64,000 nucleotides of DNA, taken from contig JAZIGN010000004.1 of assembly GCA_036679065.1 (NCBI GenBank), positions 1 through 64,000 of the forward strand. The letters are read 5' to 3'. How positions within the stretch are numbered: the stretch's first letter is position 1; every line of letters starts with the position of its first letter. Shown here piece after piece: positions 1 through 12,610 of this stretch. The position numbers and the translations under genes are program-made. Origin of the DNA: Coprothermobacterota bacterium. Its GTDB lineage: Bacteria; Coprothermobacterota; Coprothermobacteria; Coprothermobacterales; Coprothermobacteraceae. Below the pieces are notes generated by a model. It was not told the DNA's origin. It searched no databases and saw only the letters and a program-made list of their open reading frames with translations.

Positions 1-2
1 AC

Positions 3-452
3 ATGCCCGGTAGAATGGCTGGGCAAACTGTGGACGTGGATGGAAGGGTGGGCTATGTGCTCACATTACAAACCCGTGAACAGCACATACGCCGTGAGAA
101 AGCCACGTCGAACATTACCAGCAACCACTGGCTCATGGCATTGGCATCTGCTGTTTACCTATCTCTCATGGGAGGATCACTTCCTGAGCTGGGTCAAACC
201 ATTTTGAACAGGAGCACCTATTTAGCTCAGAAGTTAGCTTCGGTGGGCTATCCACTTTGGCAGCGTCAGTACTTTTTCAAGGAATTCCCCATAAAAGCAC
301 ATGATGCTGAGGCTGTTCAGGAGGCTTTGGCTGACTCCGGGTACTATGTGGGCCCCGTCATTGATGAGCACACGCTTTTGGTGGCAGTCACAGAAAAGCG
401 CACCAAGGAACACATGGACAAGCTTATTGAGCTCATGGAGGGTCTGCGATGA
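3..452 (+). CDS. gcvPA: Glycine dehydrogenase (decarboxylating) subunit 1, 5'-truncated by window edge
   Basis: Motif [17 protein letters not shown] and C-terminal VAVTEKRT; overlaps gcvPB start. Confidence 0.93.
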   Translation: MPGRMAGQTVDVDGRVGYVLTLQTREQHIRREKATSNITSNHWLMALASAVYLSLMGGSLPELGQTILNRSTYLAQKLASVGYPLWQRQYFFKEFPIKAHDAEAVQEALADSGYYVGPVIDEHTLLVAVTEKRTKEHMDKLIELMEGLR

Positions 453-1921
453 TGAACAGTAGAAAAGGCACATTGCCCTTGCTTAAAGAACTGCACAAAA
501 CGGGTAGGCGTGGGCCCCAAGTGCCAGTGAGTGGTCTTGAAGATCGGCCCGTATCTGAAATTCTTCCCAAGGAGTTTCTTCGCGAAGAACCACTAAGCAT
601 GCCTGAACTTAGTGAAGTAGAAGTGGTCAGGCATTTTGTCAATTTGTCAAACTTGAATTACGGCGTGGACAACGGTTTCTATCCACTGGGCTCCTGTACC
701 ATGAAGTACAACCCCAAGATAAACGAAGAAGTTGCGGCGTGGTTTCAAGACATACACCCAGCTCTGCCTGAAGGCAGGGTGCAGGCACTACTTGAGCTGC
801 TATATACCTTCCAGCAAGATCTCCTTGAAATAACGGGCATGGATGCCATAACGCTGCAGCCTGCCGCAGGGGCACATGGAGAACTCACCTCACTGCTCAT
901 GGCAAAAGCTTATTTCAAAGACCATGGTCTTCTGGAAAAGGACACTGTAATCATTCCTGACTCCGCTCACGGAACCAACCCCGCTTCTGCTACCATGGCA
1001 GGCTTCAAAGTGGTTACTGTTAAGTCTGATGAAGAGGGCTTAGTGGACTTGGAACAGCTAAAAGCATTGGTTAACGATCACACAGCAGTTTTCATGCTGA
1101 CTAACCCCAACACCCTGGGCAAGTTTGAGAAAAACATTCTCGACATTGCACAGCTCATCCACGGTGTGGGTGGACTTATGTACTGTGATGGCGCAAATCT
1201 AAACGGCATGCTGGGTTGGGCAAGACCAGGGGATATGGGATTCGACTTTGTTCACCTGAATCTGCACAAAACCTTCAGCACACCCCATGGTGGAGGGGGC
1301 CCTGGTTCTGGTCCCGTGGCTGTCAAAAAAGCTCTGGAGCCGTTTTTGCCAAAGCCCGTTTTGGTTAAAGCAGAAGATAAAGATGGAAATGGTAGCTACC
1401 ATTGGGATTATGACAGGCCTCGTAGTATTGGCAAGGTACGTTCCAATTTTGGGAACATTTTAGTTGCCTTAAAGGCTTTGGCTTACATAAAATCCCTGGG
1501 CGGAGCGGGGCTGCGCGAAGTGGGTACCATGGCGGTCTTGAATGCCAACTACATGCGCGTTGCCATGGAGGATACGCTGCCCACAGCTTACCCTGGTTTG
1601 TGTAAGCACGAGTACGTTGCCACAGCAGAAGAGGTAAAAAAGCGCTACGGTGTGAAAGCTCAGGATATTGCAAAACGTTTGCTGGATAAAGGTTTCCATG
1701 CGCCGACCATGTATTTCCCGCTCATCGTGAAAGAAGCACTCATGATTGAACCCACTGAGACTGAAACAAAGGAAAACTTAGATGCCTTTGTGCAAGCCAT
1801 AAGAGAGATTGTGGAGGAAGCGGCTACCAATCCTGATGTGGTTTTGAGTGCTCCACATGACACCCCTGTTAGGCGCCTTGATGAGGTAAAAGCCAATAAG
1901 GAGTTAAAAGTTCGCTGGTGA
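449..1921 (+). CDS. gcvPB: Glycine dehydrogenase (decarboxylating) subunit 2
   Basis: [25 protein letters not shown]-lysine motif [18 protein letters not shown]. Confidence 0.96.
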   Translation: MMNSRKGTLPLLKELHKTGRRGPQVPVSGLEDRPVSEILPKEFLREEPLSMPELSEVEVVRHFVNLSNLNYGVDNGFYPLGSCTMKYNPKINEEVAAWFQDIHPALPEGRVQALLELLYTFQQDLLEITGMDAITLQPAAGAHGELTSLLMAKAYFKDHGLLEKDTVIIPDSAHGTNPASATMAGFKVVTVKSDEEGLVDLEQLKALVNDHTAVFMLTNPNTLGKFEKNILDIAQLIHGVGGLMYCDGANLNGMLGWARPGDMGFDFVHLNLHKTFSTPHGGGGPGSGPVAVKKALEPFLPKPVLVKAEDKDGNGSYHWDYDRPRSIGKVRSNFGNILVALKALAYIKSLGGAGLREVGTMAVLNANYMRVAMEDTLPTAYPGLCKHEYVATAEEVKKRYGVKAQDIAKRLLDKGFHAPTMYFPLIVKEALMIEPTETETKENLDAFVQAIREIVEEAATNPDVVLSAPHDTPVRRLDEVKANKELKVRW

Positions 1922-1923
1922 GT

Positions 1924-1956
1924 GAGCCCCCCACCTCAGTGGGGGCTCCTTTTTTT
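1924..1956 (+). terminator. Intrinsic terminator after gcvPB
   Basis: GC-rich hairpin GAGCCCCC(C)AC-CTCA-GTGGGGGCTC followed by C and a T7 run. Confidence 0.8.
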
Positions 1957-2132
1957 ACAAACACAAGTATTTGCGCCACCTAACATCTTTCTTTTTTTGT
2001 GGGTGTTTTGAAGATTGTAAAATGAATGCATGCGAGCAGATGTTTTGTTTGCGTTTTTTACAAAGCAATAATGCGCCAGAGTTAACTGTGCACGTGCATG
2101 CATATAACGTGTTTGCGAGGTGATGAAAGCTT

Positions 2133-2954
2133 ATGGTTTTAATAATGAAAGGAAAACCAGTGGCAGATGCCATCTATGAAGAGCTTCAGCCCATGACGTC
2201 ACTAAACTTGACGCTGGGCATTATTAAGTACAAGGGCTCCGATGCAGGTGGTTACCTGAGTGGGCTTTCCAAGGCAGCGCAGCGCCTAAATGTGCAACTT
2301 CGCATAGACGAAGTAGAACAGTTTCAGGAGCTTACTCAAAATGTCGCTAACATGGGCAAGGACCCACAGGTTCATGGCATACTACTGCTGAAGCCTTTCC
2401 CAAAGGAGTGGAACTTTAGGCAAGCTTCTGACCTCATACCCCCCGAGAAAGATGTAGATGCTCTGCACCCAGTGAATTTGGGGAAACTGGCGCAAGGCAG
2501 AGGCAAGTTGGTACCGGCAACTGCTCAAGCTGTACTAAGTATTTTGGATTTCTACAACGTGTTGCCTTTGGAAGGAGCAAGTGCACTGGTCATAGGTAGA
2601 AGCGAAGCGGTAGGTCTGCCAGCGTTTTTACAGCTCATGCAGCGCAACGCCACTGTGACTGTGGCACACAGCCGCACAAGAGATTTACCTTCTTTATCAA
2701 GGCAAGCAGACTTAGTAGTAGTGGCAGTAGGTAAACCCAATTTTCTTACCAAAGATCATGTAAAACCGGATGCTGTGGTCATTGATGTGGGCACCAACGT
2801 ATTGGAAGACGGCAAGGTAGTGGGCGACGTAGATCGTGAAAACGTGGAACCACTAGTACGTGCCATCACACCTGTGCCAGGTGGAGTGGGTTCTGTAACC
2901 ACGGCTTGCCTGTTCAGGAATCTTTTCTTGTGTTATGAGGAGCAGACGCGTTAG
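2133..2954 (+). CDS. folD: Methylenetetrahydrofolate dehydrogenase FolD (probably monofunctional)
   Basis: EKDVD, VIGRS, VIDVG, GDVD, TPVPGGVG motifs; cyclohydrolase K54/Q98 equivalents are Leu. Confidence 0.93.
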   Translation: MVLIMKGKPVADAIYEELQPMTSLNLTLGIIKYKGSDAGGYLSGLSKAAQRLNVQLRIDEVEQFQELTQNVANMGKDPQVHGILLLKPFPKEWNFRQASDLIPPEKDVDALHPVNLGKLAQGRGKLVPATAQAVLSILDFYNVLPLEGASALVIGRSEAVGLPAFLQLMQRNATVTVAHSRTRDLPSLSRQADLVVVAVGKPNFLTKDHVKPDAVVIDVGTNVLEDGKVVGDVDRENVEPLVRAITPVPGGVGSVTTACLFRNLFLCYEEQTR

Positions 2955-4593
2955 GCGAATCCGTATAAGCTTTGCCAGATTCGCTGCTTAGGCTTTTTAG
3001 CAGAGTATTTACCGGTGGTCTACGCAGCTGCGTTATATTTCGCCTTAGCAAGGAGTACTTTTCACTGGAAAGAAGGGCATAAAGCAGTGACGTTTTCAGC
3101 TCCACTGTTTCCACTTGAGCATTCTCCGTAGCATCGTGAAAAGCCTGCAGTACTTCCGTGCTCATGCGTGTTAGAGCTTCAATTCTTTGGTTACGGTGTA
3201 CAATCCATCCAACGTCACTTTGGGCAATAGCACTTACGCCGAACTTCTTAGCAGTGTGTATGAGAAAGCCAATCTCTATGCCATAGCCCGTGTAAAAGGG
3301 TATGGACCTTAGTAAGGAGGTGCGAGCAGCTGTAAACCCTGACAGTGGCTGAAACAAAAACAGCAGCTCAGGCATTTCCATACTCAGAAGTGGCCTAACC
3401 AGTATTTCTGTTACTCTGCCGCCACCACTCTTAAGGTTTTTGTCTTCAGGTCCACCTCGATTGAAGTAGCCCTTAACCAGTTGTATGTCTCTTCTTAAAA
3501 CCAGAGGTCCAATGGTACCTAGCACCATGTCCTGGGTGGGGTTCTTTATGTCAGCGTCCAGAAACGCCACAATGTCAATGTTATTCAGTACAAACAGGGA
3601 TTTCCACAGCGCTTCCCCTTTTCCACGAAAAGCGCCCAGTTCCGGATGAATTTCACCACTTCTAAAGACCTCAGCTCCTGCCTGACTTGCTATGTCGAAG
3701 GTGGCATCAGTGGAATCGTTGTCTATTACAACGATGCGATCCAATATGCCTTCTTTCTTAAGGGGCAGGTAGCACTGCACCACTTCAGCAATAGTTTCTT
3801 CCTCATTAAAAGCTGGTATGACCACAGCAATTCTTTGTTTCCTTTCATTTTTCCGCTGTCTTATCCATTCCTTGTTGAAAGAGGCTTTAGGAAACGTATT
3901 ACGTACGAAAACTGTTGTGGGGTCCTCTGTTTCTACTCTAAGTGGGCGCTGTTTTGTCTTCTGCATGCGCTGTCGAACTAGAATGAAGTCGGTTCCACCG
4001 TTTCCGTTTTTGATTTTTTCTACTAAGTGCCACAGGAAATGTTCTGTGTTCATGGGATAAGGCAAACCAAGTATGGCTAAGTCCAGTTTTGGCAGTTGTT
4101 CCATGATCGCCACAGCGGCATCTTCGGAACTAAGGGGTATGAAGTTGATTTCTTCCAGTTCGTCCTGCTGCAAGCTTCTGTCAAAGGAAATGTCATCCTC
4201 TGTTATTTCTGTGGTTTGTGGTTTGTATAGGTTGATCAGTTTTGCGTTTTTAATTAATCCCGCCTCTTGCAGAGCAGTTCCCACCGTATCAAAGAGTGCA
4301 ATGTTTGCTCTGCCTCTGCTAAATATGCCCACCTTTTTCTTCTGGCGCATACTGTGTAGTCCCAAAAGTAGCAGGTTGTCACTGTTTTCCATGAGTGCGT
4401 TTAGGGTCTCTACGTCCAGATTTGTTGTGAGCAAATCCACGCACACATATGAATCCACTTTCTTACTTAGCAAGTCCACCGCCTCTTGAGGTGTGTTTAC
4501 GCGTTTAATTTCCTTTTTTGGAGAAAGGTTGTAAAAGAAGTTTTTTAAGGTTTTGTTGGGTTTTCTCTGGCTCACATATATCATAATCTGCAT
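2914..4593 (-). CDS. gpgS: Glucosyl-3-phosphoglycerate synthase (GT81 GpgS/MpgS family) with ~245-aa N-terminal USP-like extension
   Basis: VVIPAFNEE, GKGEALW, FLDAD, GGRVTE, QPLSG, GYGIEIG, HRNQ motifs in the C-terminal half. Confidence 0.8.
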   Translation of the reverse strand: MQIMIYVSQRKPNKTLKNFFYNLSPKKEIKRVNTPQEAVDLLSKKVDSYVCVDLLTTNLDVETLNALMENSDNLLLLGLHSMRQKKKVGIFSRGRANIALFDTVGTALQEAGLIKNAKLINLYKPQTTEITEDDISFDRSLQQDELEEINFIPLSSEDAAVAIMEQLPKLDLAILGLPYPMNTEHFLWHLVEKIKNGNGGTDFILVRQRMQKTKQRPLRVETEDPTTVFVRNTFPKASFNKEWIRQRKNERKQRIAVVIPAFNEEETIAEVVQCYLPLKKEGILDRIVVIDNDSTDATFDIASQAGAEVFRSGEIHPELGAFRGKGEALWKSLFVLNNIDIVAFLDADIKNPTQDMVLGTIGPLVLRRDIQLVKGYFNRGGPEDKNLKSGGGRVTEILVRPLLSMEMPELLFLFQPLSGFTAARTSLLRSIPFYTGYGIEIGFLIHTAKKFGVSAIAQSDVGWIVHRNQRIEALTRMSTEVLQAFHDATENAQVETVELKTSLLYALLSSEKYSLLRRNITQLRRPPVNTLLKSLSSESGKAYTDSPNASAPHNTRKDS

Positions 4594-4678
4594 TTTACAC
4601 CCATAACTTGCCGTATTAGTTTTCTACAAGGTTAAATAACGCTAAGCACTCGAATAGGCTTTATGCAGGTGTGGTCTC

Positions 4679-4707
4679 TTGACAAACTTTCTCTGATGCC
4701 TTATACT
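4679..4707 (+). promoter_or_regulatory. sigma70-type rrn promoter
   Basis: TTGACA-17 nt-TATACT about 215 nt upstream of 16S. Confidence 0.8.
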
Positions 4708-4922
4708 TAACAATGCCTGCCTAACGAGTTAGGCACGGTGAGGCGCAGCGCGGGAGCGATGCGCTATGGAGCAGAACACCGAAAGGTGAAAAACCGGGGA
4801 CAGGAAGAAGAGGAAGAAGCGGTCGGAAACGACAAAGCGTATCCGATAAGGATACAGTGAATCACATAGAGTAGGGATTAGACCTAAAGGGAAAAGTATA
4901 TGAAGTAGATACACATATATAT

Positions 4923-6468
<1,546 letters not shown>

Positions 6469-6525
6469 TTGAAAATATACTCCTTTTTCTTCTTCTTCTT
6501 TCTTCCTGGTCCCGGTTTGATGGAT

Positions 6526-6602
6526 GGGCCCTTAGCTCAGTAGGTTAGAGCGTGCCCCTGATAAGGGCAAGGTCCGAGGTTCGACTCCTCGAGGGCCCAC
6601 CA
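6526..6602 (+). tRNA. tRNA-Ile(GAT)
   Basis: GGGCCCT/AGGGCCC acceptor, anticodon loop CTGATAA, TTCGA T-loop, CCA end. Confidence 0.95.
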
Positions 6603-6709
6603 TTTTTGTTCCTCAGCCGAGTAGGTGAAAAGCAAGCAAGCGGACAAGCGAACATGGGCAAGCTAAATTTGTTGTGAAGTGCTTGTACTGTGTTTGTTTG
6701 TGAATGTGT

Positions 6710-6784
6710 GGGGATGTAGCTCAGCGGGAGAGCACCTGCTTTGCAAGCAGGGGGTCAGCGGTTCGAATCCGCTCATCTCCACCA
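6710..6784 (+). tRNA. tRNA-Ala(TGC)
   Basis: GGGGATG/CATCTCC acceptor with G3:U70, anticodon loop TTTGCAA, CCA end. Confidence 0.95.
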
Positions 6785-6910
6785 TGCACGCTAAACAACT
6801 GGGGAGAAGGTAGAGAAGGCATAAATAGAAAGGCACAAGAGTAAGCCGTGTGAGAGCAATTGGAAGCCCATTGTAGAAAGACAAGCGCGTAAGAGGTAGA
6901 AGGAAACAAG

Positions 6911-9940
<3,030 letters not shown>

Positions 9941-10082
9941 TATAAGAAGGCCTTGAATACCAAAAAAGCGTTTGTAGTAATAAGCGATGGGTAGAAGAAA
10001 AGCGCTTACATTGCAACACATGATTGTGCCAAAGTAAAAAGCCTTTAGAAACCTTCTCCAACAGTTGTTTAGTGTGTAAAAA

Positions 10083-10206
10083 GGGACTTAGTGCCCACGC
10101 CCTGGGGAAACGCCCGGATCCATTCCGAACCCGGAAGCTAAGCTCAGGGAAGCCGATGGTACTGGTGTGCGGGAGCTGCCGGGAGAGTAGGTTGGTGCTA
10201 AGTCCC
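10083..10206 (+). rRNA. rrf: 5S rRNA
   Basis: Terminal stem GGGACTTAGTGCC/GGTGCTAAGTCCC; CCATTCCGAAC and GAGAGTAGG motifs; T-run follows. Confidence 0.93.
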
Positions 10207-10240
10207 CCTTTTTATTTTGTGGTAACTGCGTTTACCCTCT

Positions 10241-10720
10241 TTACCCCTTTGACTGCCCTATGCTTTGATTATCATCATCAGCAGCAGGTGTGTTCTGGTC
10301 GGGTTTTGTGCTGAGCAAAGCCTGGACAATTTTCTCTTCCAGCTCATCGTTAAACTGCTTAACCTGTTCTGGCAGTGTGAACAGGTCGTAAATGATGAGG
10401 CAGATTAGAATAATCAGGCAAATAAAGCTCAAAACGGAACTAAAGCCCATTGCTTCTGCGGCTCGACTGCTTCCCATGAAAAAGCCAACCAAACCACCAA
10501 CTGACAGCATTATCACACCGGATAGAATGACAACAAGTCCTAAAAATAAGTACAGGACTGCTTGTCCTGTTCTTTCCAAGTAGAGCTTGTGCAAACCAAA
10601 GAAGCCACCAATCAAGGTTAGAACATAGGCAAAACCAACCTGCCGCTGTGATTTCATAAGTTCCGTTTGCAGAATGGCAATCTGCTTTTCTGTGAGCCTC
10701 TCCTTTTGACTTAATTCCAT
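10241..10720 (-). CDS. TM2-domain membrane protein
   Basis: AYVLTLIGGFFGLHKLYL TM2 signature, hydrophobic helices, GGAGG RBS. Confidence 0.8.
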   Translation of the reverse strand: MELSQKERLTEKQIAILQTELMKSQRQVGFAYVLTLIGGFFGLHKLYLERTGQAVLYLFLGLVVILSGVIMLSVGGLVGFFMGSSRAAEAMGFSSVLSFICLIILICLIIYDLFTLPEQVKQFNDELEEKIVQALLSTKPDQNTPAADDDNQSIGQSKG

Positions 10721-11098
10721 GCTTAAAGCACCTCCTTTTTTCTTTCCTTTTTTTCTTTGTCCCTGCTAGCTAAATCACGCACCCATATACATACACATCT
10801 ACGTCCAAAAAAGAGCTGCATATGTACATGTTACTTGTAAAAAGGGCACAGCCAAGACACATGCGTGCAACCGCCCTACAAGAAAGTAATGCTGCTAACA
10901 CCTAAGCTTCGTTTTTTTGCTGCATAGCCTTATTAAGTAGCTCACTACTGACCACGTTCTAAGCAAGGCAGCTCACCTTAGCTCAAGAAAAGATCCCCCA
11001 GAGGAAAAGCGCTTATGCCAACGTGCCAATATGCCAATGTTTTTTCTTGCGTTTCTACCGTCAGCTTACACATGCACATGCTTTTTTGCTAAACAGAC

Positions 11099-11500
11099 TT
11101 ATTTTCCGTAGGAGCTCAGCAGCTGGTCAATAATTTTGTCTTCTGCTGCCATGTTTGCTTGCCGAACTTGACGGGGTGTGGTAAACAAATCAACAATGAG
11201 CAATATGACCAAAATGGCAAGGCATACAAGACCAAATCTGAAAAGCGGCATGCCAGAGGCGCCAAAGGAGATAAGCCCGGTGAACTCACCCACGATTAGC
11301 GATGGAATACTGACCAAACCCAGTATGAGGTAAACAATTCCTTGCCTAACGTTTCTTAGGTAAAACTTGTGAATGCCAAAAATCCCCAGAAAAATGCAAA
11401 GGACATATGCTAAGCCAACACTTTTCTGATGCTTCTTCATCTCGCTTTGTAGTATGGCAAACTGTTTTTCTGTTAGTTGGTTCTTTTTTTCTACGGACAC
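11099..11500 (-). CDS. TM2-domain membrane protein (paralogue of 10241..10720); GTG start preferred
   Basis: KKHQKSVGLAYVLCIFLGIFGIHKFYL; GTG at 11500 preceded by AGGGGG. Confidence 0.78.
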   Translation of the reverse strand: MSVEKKNQLTEKQFAILQSEMKKHQKSVGLAYVLCIFLGIFGIHKFYLRNVRQGIVYLILGLVSIPSLIVGEFTGLISFGASGMPLFRFGLVCLAILVILLIVDLFTTPRQVRQANMAAEDKIIDQLLSSYGK

Positions 11501-11633
11501 TTTACATTTCCCCCTTTCCCAAACACATACATAACGAGTAACAAAGTTGGCTTGCTTGCCCGTTTTTGCCCCTGCACAGCGTTTTTTATATCTATGATAT
11601 GTATACAAGGCAAACCAACCGCTTGCTGGCTTT

Positions 11634-11663
11634 ATTTTACTCGGCAATGATCATTTTTGTCAA
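11634..11663 (-). promoter_or_regulatory. Candidate promoter for the TM2 genes
   Basis: TTGACA-18 nt-TAAAAT on the minus strand. Confidence 0.55.
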
Positions 11664-11728
11664 GAAAATTGGTTTTTTGTGGCGGATGCTTTTAAGGGTT
11701 TGTGGGTTTTTGACGCAAACATAAAAAA

Positions 11729-11817
11729 TGGTGCCGAGGGCGGGAGTCGAACCCGCATGGGTGGTGAAGCCCGGTGGATTTTGAGTCCACTGCGTCTGCC
11801 TATTCCGCCACCTCGGC
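11729..11817 (-). tRNA. tRNA-Leu(CAA)
   Basis: GCCGAGG/CCTCGGC acceptor, anticodon loop CTCAAAA, long variable arm, CCA end. Confidence 0.95.
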
Positions 11818-11826
11818 ACGGTTCTT

Positions 11827-11856
11827 ATTATACCAGATGACGCTGGGGGTTGTGAA
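11827..11856 (-). promoter_or_regulatory. tRNA-Leu promoter
   Basis: TTCACA-18 nt-TATAAT with extended TG, about 10 nt from the tRNA 5' end. Confidence 0.6.
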
Positions 11857-12060
11857 GGTGCTCAGTCGTTGGCCATAAATGCCCTTGGTGAAAAATGGTA
11901 AACTGTGCATTGTTAGTTGAATAGACAAATGGCAGTGCCTTTGTGGTGCCATGGTAAACAATATTGTAGTATCTTAATAATGCCTTAACACGGCATAAAA
12001 ATGCTCTTCATCTCTTGTGCGTGCAGGCTCTATTGACTTTACAAGTGTGGAAATAGATCA

Positions 12061-12108
12061 CAATAGTTATTCAAAACTATTGACAAAGTAACAAGTGGGG
12101 CTTACAAT
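12061..12108 (+). promoter_or_regulatory. Pilin-operon promoter with an inverted repeat over the -35
   Basis: TTGACA(12080)-17 nt-TACAAT(12103); CAATAGTT-6 nt-AACTATTG inverted repeat at 12061-12082. Confidence 0.65.
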
Positions 12109-12163
12109 ATATTTATGCCGCGGGAAGCATCCCATGGCATAAAACAGAAGGAGGTGTTTTACA

Positions 12164-12568
12164 GTGAGGAAAGAGAGAAAAATGAGGGGTTTCACCCTAG
12201 TAGAGCTGCTCATTGTCCTGCTCATCTTAGGTATTTTAATCGGTTTAGCTGTGCCAAGGTATTTAGCATCCATAGAGAAATCAAAGGAGACAACATTTTG
12301 CTCGAACGTGAGAAACGTTGTGAGTGCCATTGAAACATGGAGAATGGACACCGGAACGACAGTGTATCCAACTGAAGGCCAACTGAACGCTAGTATAATC
12401 AAATCTGCTACCTATTTCAGCCAAGCGCCTGTTAACCCGTACACGGGAACTGTGCTTCAGTCTGGTGAGATCACTAGTTCAACCACAAAAGGTTATTTCA
12501 GTTACACTAACGATAATACGAATTTCACTTACAAGATTCAGACATTCCCCGACTGCGACATCCAATAA
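12164..12568 (+). CDS. Type IV pilin / pseudopilin (class III signal peptide)
   Basis: Basic leader then G|FTLVELLIVLLILGIL with Glu5; AGGAGGTG RBS. Confidence 0.9.
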   Translation: MRKERKMRGFTLVELLIVLLILGILIGLAVPRYLASIEKSKETTFCSNVRNVVSAIETWRMDTGTTVYPTEGQLNASIIKSATYFSQAPVNPYTGTVLQSGEITSSTTKGYFSYTNDNTNFTYKIQTFPDCDIQ

Positions 12569-12610
12569 CCTAAGGCATTGGCAGTGCAGGCACATTGAAA
12601 GGGTGAAGTA

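Noticed and set aside
1957..2132. THF or ZTP riboswitch upstream of folD
   Set aside because: No recognisable consensus motifs by eye; cmscan would be definitive
11501..11647. N-terminal extension of the second TM2 ORF in the ORF track
   Set aside because: Similarity to the paralogue begins near GTG 11500, which has an RBS; the extension overlaps a promoter
10207..11729. Integrated element at the tRNA-Leu 3' end
   Set aside because: No integrase and no duplicated tRNA 3' end (att site) seen
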